DNA from: Cyclobacteriaceae bacterium
GTDB taxonomy: Bacteria > Bacteroidota > Bacteroidia > Cytophagales > Cyclobacteriaceae
Assembly: GCA_965601475.1 (NCBI GenBank)
Contig: OZ271832.1
Coordinates: forward strand, 984,698-1,048,697
Direction: 5' to 3'
DNA length: 64,000 nt
Of the stretch, positions 34,508 through 43,778 are shown piece by piece. A program made the position numbers and the translations under genes. Numbering within the stretch: the first letter of the stretch is position 1; every line of letters starts with the position of its first letter. The notes beneath the pieces were generated by a model. It searched no databases. It was given only the letters and a program-made list of their open reading frames with translations, and was not told the DNA's origin.

Positions 34508-35080
34508 TTGAGAGCTGTACAAGAACAGTGGAAGACCTATGTCTACCCTGAAACGGGCAAAGAATATCTGGTTTCGAGCTTTGGGAAGGTGAAAAGTAAA
34601 ACGCCAGATGGCAAGGAGTACGAACACACCACCTACAAAAACAACAGGTATCGGTGCATTCCCACAACCAAATCCAACGGCAAAAACACACTCATATATC
34701 TCCATAAGGTAGTTGCTGATCTCTTTGTAGAGAACCCCAACAATTTTCGTAGACTAGTATTTTCCGATGGCAATCCTGAGAATTGCAAAGCAACTAACCT
34801 CAAATACATTAGTGATGAGGAGTTTCGCGAGCTCAACCGAAACCGGACGAAGCCTTATGATATATATGAGAACTACACCCCGAATGCTAAACTAACACCC
34901 TCTAAAGTGGCAATCATAAAAAAGAGGGCACTTGAGAACGAGAAAGACCAGAAAACGCGCTGGACGATCATGGCCAAGCAATTTGGGATCGACACCAAAC
35001 ACCTCTGGATGATAAGAAAGGGAATCATTTGGGGACATGTGAAACCCGCTGGAACTACCAAAAAACATTCTGAACAATAG
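34508..35080 (+). CDS. NUMOD4 / HNH_3 homing-endonuclease-like protein with degenerate catalytic motif
   Basis: The NUMOD4-like segment is WKTYVYPETGKEYLVSSFGKVKS. The HNH_3-like segment is YLHKVVADLFVENPNNFRRLVFSDGNPENCKATNLKYIS. A C-terminal HTH-like segment (TIMAKQFGIDTKHLWMIRKGIIWGHV) follows. The position of the catalytic His (as in I-HmuI VDHKDGN) is Phe/Ser here. The start codon is TTG. Confidence 0.6.
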   Translation: MRAVQEQWKTYVYPETGKEYLVSSFGKVKSKTPDGKEYEHTTYKNNRYRCIPTTKSNGKNTLIYLHKVVADLFVENPNNFRRLVFSDGNPENCKATNLKYISDEEFRELNRNRTKPYDIYENYTPNAKLTPSKVAIIKKRALENEKDQKTRWTIMAKQFGIDTKHLWMIRKGIIWGHVKPAGTTKKHSEQ

Positions 35081-35103
35081 CGCTGGGCCTCGGTTGTCTC
35101 TGA

Positions 35104-35952
35104 GTGCTTCATTACACGAAAACCGAACAACATCCAGCATTGCCATGGCTTGTTTTTGTCCATGGCGCTGGCGGTAACTCACAAACGTGGAAGTACCAAA
35201 GTTCGACCTTCACAGCGTTCTTCAATGTACTGACCCTTGATCTTCGGGATCACGGGAGGTCAAAAAACATCTTACCAGCATACGATCAGTACGCATTTCC
35301 TATCATTTCCCAGGATATTAAAAGGGTCTTAGATGAAGCAGGTATCGCGAGTGCCTACTTTGTAACTTTGTCCTTTGGAAGTGTTCTACTGCAACACTTC
35401 GCGATGACTTACCCCGCCATCGTAAAAGGAGCCATTTTCGCAGGAGGCATCTTCAAGGGCAATGTGGGAATACGATGCTTTGTGCACCTCGCTCGGTTTC
35501 TGAATTTGATGCTGCCATACGCTACAATGTATGGGCTTTTCTCTTTCCTACTGATGCCCAGGGAGAGGAACCAGAAGGCACGCAGATTGTACCAAATGCA
35601 GGCCCACAAACTCACGCAAGCCGAATATCTGAAATGGGTTGGCTTGTATGGGGAATTCTTCAGGCTTTTGTCCAGGTTCTTCCATCAAAAGTTGCACTTC
35701 CCGGCGCTAATCATTATGGGTGGAGATGATTATGTCTTTCTCAGAGCGGCTCGAGCTTTTGCGAGCAAGCAGGACAGCGCTAAGTTGGAGGTTATACCGA
35801 AATCCGGTCATATCTGCAATATTGAAAGTCCGGATGCCTTCAATCGCCTGGCAATTGAGTTTCTTTCAAAACAAGACGGCGTCCTTGGAAGAACCCAAAA
35901 GTCCAATGAGGAAAATCACAGTCCACTGGAAAGTCCGTATCCAGTTGGTTGA
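35104..35952 (+). CDS. Alpha/beta-fold hydrolase
   Basis: It has WLVFVHGAGGNSQTW, the nucleophile elbow region VTLSFGSVL, and the C-terminal catalytic His context KSGHICNIE. The last ~29 codons overlap the convergent gene. Confidence 0.8.
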   Translation: MLHYTKTEQHPALPWLVFVHGAGGNSQTWKYQSSTFTAFFNVLTLDLRDHGRSKNILPAYDQYAFPIISQDIKRVLDEAGIASAYFVTLSFGSVLLQHFAMTYPAIVKGAIFAGGIFKGNVGIRCFVHLARFLNLMLPYATMYGLFSFLLMPRERNQKARRLYQMQAHKLTQAEYLKWVGLYGEFFRLLSRFFHQKLHFPALIIMGGDDYVFLRAARAFASKQDSAKLEVIPKSGHICNIESPDAFNRLAIEFLSKQDGVLGRTQKSNEENHSPLESPYPVG

Positions 35953-36279
35953 AACCAGTTGCTGTGTAGCATTTGGGAAGTCTGTTCCGGCAGCAATCTT
36001 GTTGTGCAAGGGCACAGATACGAGGAATGTCACAACCCAGGTACTGATCACCAGAAGTAAGGTCGCCAAATGCACATAGTTGAAATCACGAAATACCCGA
36101 CTGCTATGCAACAGCAATTGACCGACCATGAGTGGCATCACAATGATAGTAATGGCCGAGGTATAGGGACCATGCCATCGCTGCAGTTCTTCTTTGGAAT
36201 AATATAGAAAACCCGGATATACAATGAGCTGCACCATCCATATGAGCACAACCATCCCAAAGTCAACAAGTCTTATCAT
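35866..36279 (-). CDS. Small integral membrane protein (4 TM, DUF1772-like?)
   Basis: Four hydrophobic segments are visible. The family call is tentative. Confidence 0.5.
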   Translation of the reverse strand: MIRLVDFGMVVLIWMVQLIVYPGFLYYSKEELQRWHGPYTSAITIIVMPLMVGQLLLHSSRVFRDFNYVHLATLLLVISTWVVTFLVSVPLHNKIAAGTDFPNATQQLVSTNWIRTFQWTVIFLIGLLGSSKDAVLF

Positions 36280-36322
36280 GTCATGGTAACAAGCTAGCCA
36301 GGGACGTTGTTAAAGACCCCAC

Positions 36323-36814
36323 TCATCCAACCAAAACCTTGTCCTTCGTGATACTTTCGAAGAGATGGTGAATCTCAAACATCTGCTGTGCTCCTAGTTT
36401 CTGGCCCATCTGACCAGCAACGTAAAGGGCCGCGCCAAGGAACAACAAAACGGGCACCGACCAGAGAATAGCGGCATCCATACCCAGGGTATAACGCGAA
36501 AACCCCCACATCCCCAGAAACAAGGTTGATATGCCGATAACAACATAGCCAAAGAAGAATATGGCCCAAAGGGTGGGTTTCGGTCCATACAAGCCTCGAA
36601 TAACGACGCTGTCTTCGTCCTGCTCAAATGTTAAGTGTAACTGTGGTGACCAGAAATGACGATCCTGACCAATACCGACATACACATGACCCGGCAAATG
36701 GCTTGCAACCAACCTTTGGTCGGCTTTGAAGCCCTCGTAGATTGTTTTCTCCCAGTCTTGCGTCGTCCCCTGGACGAATTGCTTAAATCTTGGACGTATC
36801 CTGAAACTTGACAT
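36323..36814 (-). CDS. Hypothetical membrane protein
   Basis: It has a soluble N-terminal half followed by two or three TM segments (LWAIFFFGYVVIGISTLFLGMWGF, ILWSVPVLLFLGAALYVAG). Confidence 0.5.
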   Translation of the reverse strand: MSSFRIRPRFKQFVQGTTQDWEKTIYEGFKADQRLVASHLPGHVYVGIGQDRHFWSPQLHLTFEQDEDSVVIRGLYGPKPTLWAIFFFGYVVIGISTLFLGMWGFSRYTLGMDAAILWSVPVLLFLGAALYVAGQMGQKLGAQQMFEIHHLFESITKDKVLVG

Positions 36815-36873
36815 TCATCGAACCTAGGCGATTAGAAAAAGCTGTGGAATGACAAAGATCAAGTATTTGCCTT

Positions 36874-38019
36874 TTATTCTGTGGCCAGTTGATAGACCTC
36901 CCTGTCCGTAAGCGCTCTATCGTAAATACGGACATCATCCAGAACGCCATTCAGGAAAGAATCGCTCCGCAAACTGCCATTCCCACCCAGCTTTACTGTG
37001 TAGTCTGTCGTGGCAAAATACGTTCTCTCAAGATTGCCCGTAACCTCGACACTTGAAGAAATAACCCCATCGATGAAGTACTTGAGTTCTTCACCGTCGT
37101 AGACTGTCATCAAATGGTACCACTGGCCTTCTTCCGCTTCCCCAAAAAGTACCTTGTACCAATGCTCTTCGCCATTGTCAACGTCCGTTCCAATGCCCGC
37201 ATTGAACTTGTTGGTCTGGCCAAGCCTGGACATAATCAAGCCATTCCTATCATCTGTGTTGGAAATAATTTCGTTGCGGCCGTTGGGAAATGAAATAAAC
37301 TTCACCCAGCATCCGAAGCTAACCGCTTCCAGCCCCTCCAGATCGACATCTTCAATATTCGTATCCACGAAATCATCCACACCATCAAAACGGTATGCTG
37401 CGTCTGGATTGTCAAACCGATCTTTGGCAGTAGTAGCGCCATTTACGGTACCGTCAAAACCGTTTCCGGAGACGTCCTCCGCGTCGCCATCCAAAGGGTA
37501 GTGCGCCAAAAGCCCTATTTCCAGGGTATTGACGACGTCAAAAGAAAATGTAGCATACCCAAACTCGATGGGATCCCCGATGGAGGCATCTATAACTTCA
37601 ATAACTATGTCCGTGGTTTCGTCAACTGCAATCTCAAACGAGACGGGTAAGGGTTGATTGACCAAGGGCGCCAATTCTGAACCTTCTATTGGGGACAGGT
37701 ATATCGCTTCTCCGGCATCATCAGCGACAATGAAAGCTTCGACGGTGTATTGCCCCGTTTCCAGGGGGATTTGAGAGGTGACATAGCCTCCATTAATACT
37801 CACCAATGTCAACTCCTCCAAATCAAAGACGAGCTGCCCATCGGAATCCTGAATTGACAGAAAAATGGTCGATGGTACCTGGGATTCAGCCCTGCCATTA
37901 TCCGGAGATTGCACATTGAATTGCACATTTAGAGACCCCTGCCCAACAGGATCGGATTCCTGCCTGCAGGAAATGGTGAATACCAGTAAGACTACGGCGA
38001 TGCCACATACTGCTTTCAT
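36874..38019 (-). CDS. Lipoprotein with C-terminal LamG/ConA-like lectin domain
   Basis: The lipobox is VFTISCRQ. The LamG domain is LAHYPLDGDAEDVSGNGFDGT...YRFDGVDDFVDT...WYHLMTVYDG...LNGVLDDVRIYDRALTDREV. Confidence 0.8.
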   Translation of the reverse strand: MKAVCGIAVVLLVFTISCRQESDPVGQGSLNVQFNVQSPDNGRAESQVPSTIFLSIQDSDGQLVFDLEELTLVSINGGYVTSQIPLETGQYTVEAFIVADDAGEAIYLSPIEGSELAPLVNQPLPVSFEIAVDETTDIVIEVIDASIGDPIEFGYATFSFDVVNTLEIGLLAHYPLDGDAEDVSGNGFDGTVNGATTAKDRFDNPDAAYRFDGVDDFVDTNIEDVDLEGLEAVSFGCWVKFISFPNGRNEIISNTDDRNGLIMSRLGQTNKFNAGIGTDVDNGEEHWYKVLFGEAEEGQWYHLMTVYDGEELKYFIDGVISSSVEVTGNLERTYFATTDYTVKLGGNGSLRSDSFLNGVLDDVRIYDRALTDREVYQLATE

Positions 38020-38123
38020 GAGATGTTAGTTGTTTACAACAAAAATATCTCAGGAAAGCTTGACAAACTAGAAAAAGGTCCTGTTCCTGGTCACCCACCA
38101 GAGGATTACACCACATTCACCAC

Positions 38124-38537
38124 TCAATGCGGCAAGCGGTTACGTACTAGACCATAGGCATAGGTACCTAACACCGCCGACAGAATGACAATGGCAATTA
38201 CACCAAAACCATTGCCTAAAAGTATGAATAACGGCCCCGGACATGCGCCGGTCAGGGCCCAACCTAAACCAAAGAAAATACCTCCGATCAAATAGCGGGG
38301 AATACTCCTCGACTTTGGCTGTATGATGATGGGTGTACCATCAACTGCCTTCATCTTGGTCCGCTTGATGAGCTGCGTCACTACAATACCCAATACGATC
38401 GCGGTACCTATGACACCATACATGTGAAATGACTGAAAGCGGAACATCTCGTATATCCTGAACCAAGAGATAATTTCAGCCTTGGTGAGGGCGATACCGA
38501 AAACAATGCCAACAAATATGTATCTGAAAACTTTCAT
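38124..38537 (-). CDS. YeeE/YedE-family sulfur-compound transporter half (C-terminal-type)
   Basis: It has 4 TM segments and the conserved GACPG motif (LTGACPGPLF). Confidence 0.85.
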   Translation of the reverse strand: MKVFRYIFVGIVFGIALTKAEIISWFRIYEMFRFQSFHMYGVIGTAIVLGIVVTQLIKRTKMKAVDGTPIIIQPKSRSIPRYLIGGIFFGLGWALTGACPGPLFILLGNGFGVIAIVILSAVLGTYAYGLVRNRLPH

Positions 38538-38547
38538 GTGATACGCG

Positions 38548-39123
38548 CTAGAGAGGTAATAGATAAGGTAGTACGAGGTAGGTCACGAATAAACCTCCGA
38601 TGAAAAATCCGATAACCGCAACCAGGGAAGGCCATTGCAAATCACTCAACCCACTTATGGCATGTCCGGACGTACATCCGCCGGCATACCTGGTACCAAA
38701 TCCAACCAGAAACCCTCCAAGGACCAGCATGATTATGCCTTTCAAGGTCAGTAGCATTTCCCAACTAAAGACCTCTGCGGGAAGGATTTCCGAGCCGGGA
38801 TTCTCAAAACCGAAACCCACAAGCTCTTCCACAGTCGCCGCCGAAATCCCGACCCCTCCTTCTGCTGAAAGGTAATTTTGAGCGATGAACCCTCCAATGA
38901 CCATGCCAGCAGCAAAAATCAAATTCCAGGTCTGGTTTTTCCATTCAAAATCAAAAAACTCGCAATTCTTACCTGCTCCGAAAATGGAGCAGACAGTCCT
39001 CAGATTGGACGAAATTCCAAAACTCTTGCCAAGGTATAAAAGGCCAAACATCACAAATGCAATCACGGACCCCGCTACATACCACGGCCACGGCTGGCTG
39101 ACCCAAGCTATAAATTCACTCAT
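38548..39123 (-). CDS. YeeE/YedE-family sulfur-compound transporter half (N-terminal-type)
   Basis: It has the conserved GGCTSGH motif (RYAGGCTSGHAISG) and multiple TM segments. A 10-nt gap separates it from its partner. Confidence 0.85.
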   Translation of the reverse strand: MSEFIAWVSQPWPWYVAGSVIAFVMFGLLYLGKSFGISSNLRTVCSIFGAGKNCEFFDFEWKNQTWNLIFAAGMVIGGFIAQNYLSAEGGVGISAATVEELVGFGFENPGSEILPAEVFSWEMLLTLKGIIMLVLGGFLVGFGTRYAGGCTSGHAISGLSDLQWPSLVAVIGFFIGGLFVTYLVLPYLLPL

Positions 39124-39237
39124 TGTTTCTCAATTTTTGCCAATACTCCAGGCTCCAGCACCGGACGCCTGCCGGAATAACACATTTTACATCCGGAAAA
39201 TATCAGTGACCAGACACTAATGTCACTCAGCCTACAA

Positions 39238-40626
39238 TCAGGCAATCTCAGCAAGTGGAATACCCGCCGCCGTGATCGCCTTATATCCACCGGCGATATC
39301 TACCAGGTTGTGAAATCCTCGGGATTTCAAAATGGATGCGAAGATCATAGAACGATACCCCCCCGCGCAGTGAAGAAAGTACTTCTTCCCAGCTTCCACC
39401 TCGTCCATGGTCTCATTGATGTAGTCCAATGGCAAGTTGATTGCATTGGTGACATGTCCCGCACCAAACTCAGTGGGCTTCCTCACATCCAGGACATCAA
39501 GCGCTTCCGAGTACTGATCTGCAAAAGCTGAGGCGGTAATGGAAGTTACCATTTCTAGTTCCTTGCCAGCTTCCTGCCAGGCATTCGTACCTCCCCGGAG
39601 GTATCCAAGTGTATTGTCATAACCCACTCGGGACAACCTCGTAACCACTTCTTCCTCCCTGCCTTCATCAGCTATGAAGACAATGGGCTGCTGCAAGTCA
39701 GGAATCAATGCACCCACCCAAGGTGCGAAAGATCCATCGATACCGATGAAAATTGAATTGGGGATGTGTCCCTTGGCAAAATCCTGAGGTTTGCGCGTGT
39801 CCAGGACCAAAGCGCCATCATGATTGGCCATGGCTTCGAAAGTCTCCACATCCAAAGCCACGTTACCTTTTTTCAGAATAGCGTCCAATCCGACAGCGCT
39901 GGATTTATTCATGGCCACATTCTGAACAAAATATTGCGGCGGAGGCAATAAACCATCTGTCACCTCTTTCACAAACTCCTCTTTGGTCATATCCTCCCTA
40001 AGCGCGTAATTAAATTTCTTCTGATTCGCCAGGGTATCCGTAGTTTCGCTGCTCATGTTTTTACCGCAGGCAGAACCCGCTCCATGTGCAGGGTAAACAA
40101 TCACCTCATCAGGTAAAGTCATGATTTTTGACCTTAGACTGTCATACAACATCCCTGCCAGATCATCCTGAGTCAGCTCTCCTTTTTGAGCGAGATCCGG
40201 CCTGCCAACATCCCCAATAAACAACGTGTCGCCACTGAAAATGGCGTGTGGTCGACCCTGCTCATCATGGAGTAAATAGGTGGCACTCTCCAACGTATGA
40301 CCTGGAGTATGTAAAACCTTAATTTTCAGCTTCCCCACCTCAAAAACTTCACCATCTGTTGCTTCATGAAAATCGTAATTTGCCCTGGCACCGGGGCCAT
40401 AGATGATAGTAGCTCCGGTCTTGGCTGCCAGATCAACATGACCTGACACAAAATCAGCATGAAAGTGTGTCTCAAAAATGTATTTGATTTTAGCCCCTTC
40501 CTGCTCTGCCTTTTTCAAGTATGGCGCTGACTCCCTCAGTGGATCGACAATGGCCGCCTCCCCTTCACTTTCTATGTAATAAGCGCCCTGGGCAAGGCAG
40601 CCTGTATAAATCTGTTCAATTCTCAT
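39238..40626 (-). CDS. Metallo-beta-lactamase-fold persulfide dioxygenase fused to two rhodanese domains (CstB/PRF-like)
   Basis: The MBL metal motif is ETHFHADFVSGH. Two rhodanese-like domains follow, the last carrying the active-site loop HCAGGYRS. Confidence 0.9.
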   Translation of the reverse strand: MRIEQIYTGCLAQGAYYIESEGEAAIVDPLRESAPYLKKAEQEGAKIKYIFETHFHADFVSGHVDLAAKTGATIIYGPGARANYDFHEATDGEVFEVGKLKIKVLHTPGHTLESATYLLHDEQGRPHAIFSGDTLFIGDVGRPDLAQKGELTQDDLAGMLYDSLRSKIMTLPDEVIVYPAHGAGSACGKNMSSETTDTLANQKKFNYALREDMTKEEFVKEVTDGLLPPPQYFVQNVAMNKSSAVGLDAILKKGNVALDVETFEAMANHDGALVLDTRKPQDFAKGHIPNSIFIGIDGSFAPWVGALIPDLQQPIVFIADEGREEEVVTRLSRVGYDNTLGYLRGGTNAWQEAGKELEMVTSITASAFADQYSEALDVLDVRKPTEFGAGHVTNAINLPLDYINETMDEVEAGKKYFLHCAGGYRSMIFASILKSRGFHNLVDIAGGYKAITAAGIPLAEIA

Positions 40627-40677
40627 CGTTTGCTACACTTAAACTCTGCAAGTATACGAATCAGACCTCGGTTGGGA

Positions 40678-40693
40678 CGTAACCTTAGTTACA
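40678..40693. promoter_or_regulatory. Palindrome CGTAACC-TT-AGTTACA upstream of the dioxygenase-rhodanese gene
   Basis: The inverted repeat GTAAC-N4-GTTAC lies about 52 nt upstream of the ATG at 40626. A near-identical copy sits at 42481-42496. Confidence 0.45.
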
Positions 40694-40713
40694 AACCAAA
40701 ATGACCACATCAA

Positions 40714-42441
40714 TCAATTGCCTAATTCCCCTGTCTGTGTGGCGACATCTTTGTAGGTATTGGCAGCGGTACCCTCATGGTATTCGATGACGTCATTCAA
40801 ATCCAGAAAGATATTCTCACTGCCGATGAGTTCAACAAGGCCCGACCTGTGCAACTTATCCCTGACCGGGCCTACCACATCGGACAGATAGAAATGAATG
40901 TCTCTTTCCTTCAAAGACATGATCAACGCTTTGAAACCTTGAATAGCCGTAGCGTCCAATTGACTGATGGGGCTGGCATCAAGAAGAACAGCCCGCACCA
41001 CTTTATCTCTCTGCTTGATTTGGCGCTCCACATAGTCTTGATAGTGCTGTATGTTCACGAAAGTGAGTGGCCCATCCATGCGTAAAATCAATAGATCTTC
41101 CCACTGCTCCAGATTACGAAATCGCTTTATGTTCCTGAATTCATGGTGACCTTTCACCCTTCCCAATAGGGCGATATGTGGGTTGCCCAATCTGTATAAG
41201 AGCAATAGGATAGACAGAGAAATCCCGGTGACAATACCAGGCACCATACTGAAATTGAGCGTGACGAGAAAGGTGGCCGCCAATAGCCAAAATTCTGTCC
41301 GGTCATTGCGCCAAAGGTTCAGGGCATAGCTGACGTCGATCAGGCCCATGACCGCAGTAACGATCACAGCCGCCAGCACAGCATTGGGTAAAAAATAGAA
41401 TAACGGCGTCAGGAAAAGCAGGGTCAATGCGATAATCCCTGCGCTGATAAACGACGCTAGTTGGGTTCTGGCACCTGCCTGGAAATTCACTGCAGACCTG
41501 GAAAATCCGCCAGTGACTGGAAATGCCTGGAAAAAGGAGCCTATGAGATTCCCTGCGCCCAATGCAATTAGCTCCTGATTGGGGTCCACTTTTTGGTCCC
41601 GGCTCTTCGATTCGATCGCTTTTGCGACTGAGAATGCCTCCATGAAGGCCACTATGGAAATGGTCATCGCAAGTGTGAGTAATTCCAAAATGCTCTCCCA
41701 TTCAAGATTGGGTATCAGGAAAGACGGTAGCCCTACCGGCACCTGTCCCACGATCTTCAACCCTCTCTGATCGAGTGCCAGTGCCTGCACCATGACGATG
41801 CCCAGCACTACGGCCATTAGAGCGCCCGGTATCTTGGGCAGCCACTTGCGTACAATATAGATTACTATCACGCCAAGCAGTCCTGTGGCCAGAGTTAATC
41901 CGTGTACACCATCTACCTTCGAAAATGCATCCGCAATCACGACGAACGCATTCGAACTCTTCGCAATTTCATATCCTGTAAGATGCTTCAACTGGTTCAA
42001 TCCGATTATGATGGCGGCTGCTGAAGTGAATCCGCTGATCACCGGCTTTGCCAGTAGGTTGGTAATGAAGCCCATTCGGAAAAGGCCGAAAACGAATTGG
42101 ATGACGCCAACCATAAATGCCAGTAGAACCGCGTAGCCAATATATGCCTGTGTCCCCTCCTCTGCCATTTTAGAAACCCCGGCAGCGACAAGCAGGGAAT
42201 CCATTGCCACAGGACCCACAGCCAGTTGACGTGATGTCCCTAGTAGGGCATACAGGATCTGTGGGGTAATGGCTGCATATAGCCCATATACGGGAGGTAA
42301 ACCGGCAATCATGGCGTAGGCCATACCCTGCGGTATAAGCATGACCCCCACAGTCAGACCTGCTGAGATATCGGCTCCAAGCCAAGACCTGGAATAGCTT
42401 CCTAGCCATTGGGCTATTGGGAAATGTTGTTTTAAACTCAT
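40714..42441 (-). CDS. SulP-family anion transporter with C-terminal STAS domain
   Basis: It has the multi-TM SulP core (GLPPVYGLYAA...) plus a STAS domain (LLILRMDGPLTFVN...). I used the internal ATG (MSLKQHFP); the track ORF extends 30 nt further. Confidence 0.9.
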   Translation of the reverse strand: MSLKQHFPIAQWLGSYSRSWLGADISAGLTVGVMLIPQGMAYAMIAGLPPVYGLYAAITPQILYALLGTSRQLAVGPVAMDSLLVAAGVSKMAEEGTQAYIGYAVLLAFMVGVIQFVFGLFRMGFITNLLAKPVISGFTSAAAIIIGLNQLKHLTGYEIAKSSNAFVVIADAFSKVDGVHGLTLATGLLGVIVIYIVRKWLPKIPGALMAVVLGIVMVQALALDQRGLKIVGQVPVGLPSFLIPNLEWESILELLTLAMTISIVAFMEAFSVAKAIESKSRDQKVDPNQELIALGAGNLIGSFFQAFPVTGGFSRSAVNFQAGARTQLASFISAGIIALTLLFLTPLFYFLPNAVLAAVIVTAVMGLIDVSYALNLWRNDRTEFWLLAATFLVTLNFSMVPGIVTGISLSILLLLYRLGNPHIALLGRVKGHHEFRNIKRFRNLEQWEDLLILRMDGPLTFVNIQHYQDYVERQIKQRDKVVRAVLLDASPISQLDATAIQGFKALIMSLKERDIHFYLSDVVGPVRDKLHRSGLVELIGSENIFLDLNDVIEYHEGTAANTYKDVATQTGELGN

Positions 42442-42480
42442 TTGCGCTTCGCAAAGATCATCGACACCCAATTGGTTTTG

Positions 42481-42496
42481 CGTAACCCAAGTTACA
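42481..42496. promoter_or_regulatory. Palindrome CGTAACC-CA-AGTTACA upstream of sulP
   Basis: It matches the 40678 site at 14 of 16 positions. It lies about 40 nt upstream of the sulP ATG and just downstream of the Crp/Fnr-family gene. Confidence 0.45.
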
Positions 42497-42559
42497 GAAC
42501 AAAACGCACGGACGGGAGAAGCTCAAAGAATCTGAAAGCCTGAAGGTCAAGATCCGATC

Positions 42560-43183
42560 CTACAGGACTTCGATACGATTTCTGGACTGTTCGATTTTTT
42601 CCTCTTTTTCCAGCTGCTTCAAGAGCCTCGAAACCACCACCCTGGAAGTGTTCAGGTCCTGAGCAATTTGCTCATGCGTTTTCTCAATGACATAAGAACC
42701 AGAGGCCTGTTTTCTATCGAGCAGGTATTTATACAATCGCTCATCCATCTTCATAAAGGAGACACTATCGATGGTATGCAATAGCTCCTCAAACCGGGAT
42801 TGATAAGCTCCGAAAATGAACTTCCTGAAGGACCGGTACTTTTGCACCCAGATGTCCATGTAAGCCATGGGGATCATCCAAAGTACGGCGTCCTCCTCCG
42901 CCACGACTTTGAAATCACTGTTCCTACCTTCAAGACAGCAAGTGATGGACATGGCGCACGTCTCGCCACCCTCCAGATAGTAGAGCAATATTTCATTGCC
43001 TGAAGGATCCTGGCGCATCACCTTGAGCACCCCGGAAAGAACAAATGGAATTTCCTCTCCCCTGTCACCTGGTTGTATAATGCCACTCCCTTTCTTCACA
43101 ATTTTTCGACGACCGATACTTAGGATATCTTCAACAAGAGCTGGTTCCAGGCCAAGGTTTTCTAGTATGGAGGCTTCATTCAT
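42560..43183 (-). CDS. Crp/Fnr-family transcriptional regulator
   Basis: It has a cNMP-binding-like beta-roll (FVLSGVLKVMRQDPSGNEILLYYLEGGETCA) and a C-terminal HTH (THEQIAQDLNTSRVVVSRLLKQLEKEEKI). Confidence 0.85.
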   Translation of the reverse strand: MNEASILENLGLEPALVEDILSIGRRKIVKKGSGIIQPGDRGEEIPFVLSGVLKVMRQDPSGNEILLYYLEGGETCAMSITCCLEGRNSDFKVVAEEDAVLWMIPMAYMDIWVQKYRSFRKFIFGAYQSRFEELLHTIDSVSFMKMDERLYKYLLDRKQASGSYVIEKTHEQIAQDLNTSRVVVSRLLKQLEKEEKIEQSRNRIEVL

Positions 43184-43241
43184 GATCTAGGATACAAAAA
43201 TCTCTACCGTATCGTTCAAAAATAAGCCCTCCGGGTCCCGC

Positions 43242-43778
43242 TTAGCAAACGCAACTGTTGCTATCGCAATCGTCATTGGCCTCGAAAAGATCACCGCAAT
43301 AGTCCAGTAGTAAGGCCCGCAGCATTTTTCTACCTCTTTGGACCCTGGATTTCAGACCCGACTCACTCATTTGATACTGCACCGCGAGTTCCTTCTGAGG
43401 TATTCCCTTCATTTCGTAGTCAAAAAGTGGCCCTCCGTACTTGGGTGGCAACCGATCAATCAAGCCGGGAATGCAAGCTGCGACGCTTTGGTATAGGGTA
43501 TTTGACTCATCTTCACCAACTTCTGGAATTTCACCCAAAACCACCTTACCACGCTGGCGGTGATAGTCAATGATCGCATTGCGCGAAATCGTCACAAGCC
43601 AGCTCTCCAGGTTTCTGATGCCTGGAAGTTTTTCACAGTTGTCATACACCTTCATCATTACCTCACTCACCAGCTCGTCACGATCCACCGGATCTTTGAT
43701 CCGGCTACTAATGAACCGGATCAAAACCTCCTTGTACTGATCAAAGACAGGAGCCACATTCAGGCAGGCCTCATTCAT
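43242..43778 (-). CDS. ECF sigma factor with Cys-rich C-terminal tail (SigZ-like)
   Basis: Region 2 is RDELVSEVMMKVY...ESWLVTISRNAIIDYHR and region 4 is IPQKELAVQYQMSESGLKSRVQRGRKMLR. The tail is DYCGDLFEANDDCDSNSCVC. The ATG at 43776-43778 overlaps the ArsI-like stop (ATGA). No anti-sigma gene is adjacent. Confidence 0.8.
   Translation of the reverse strand: MNEACLNVAPVFDQYKEVLIRFISSRIKDPVDRDELVSEVMMKVYDNCEKLPGIRNLESWLVTISRNAIIDYHRQRGKVVLGEIPEVGEDESNTLYQSVAACIPGLIDRLPPKYGGPLFDYEMKGIPQKELAVQYQMSESGLKSRVQRGRKMLRALLLDYCGDLFEANDDCDSNSCVC

Noticed and set aside
35866-35952. An 87-nt convergent overlap between the hydrolase gene and the small membrane-protein gene, as a possible frameshift or pseudogene signal.
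   Set aside because: Both frames are intact and the catalytic His context of the hydrolase lies before the overlap. The simplest reading is a read-through C-terminal tail on the hydrolase, so this is not evidence of decay.
39124-39237. The inverted repeat AGTGAC-N11-GTCACT upstream of the YeeE/YedE genes as a third copy of the sulfur-cluster palindrome.
   Set aside because: Its half-site sequence and spacing differ from CGTAACC-NN-AGTTACA. Treating it as the same motif would be over-fitting.
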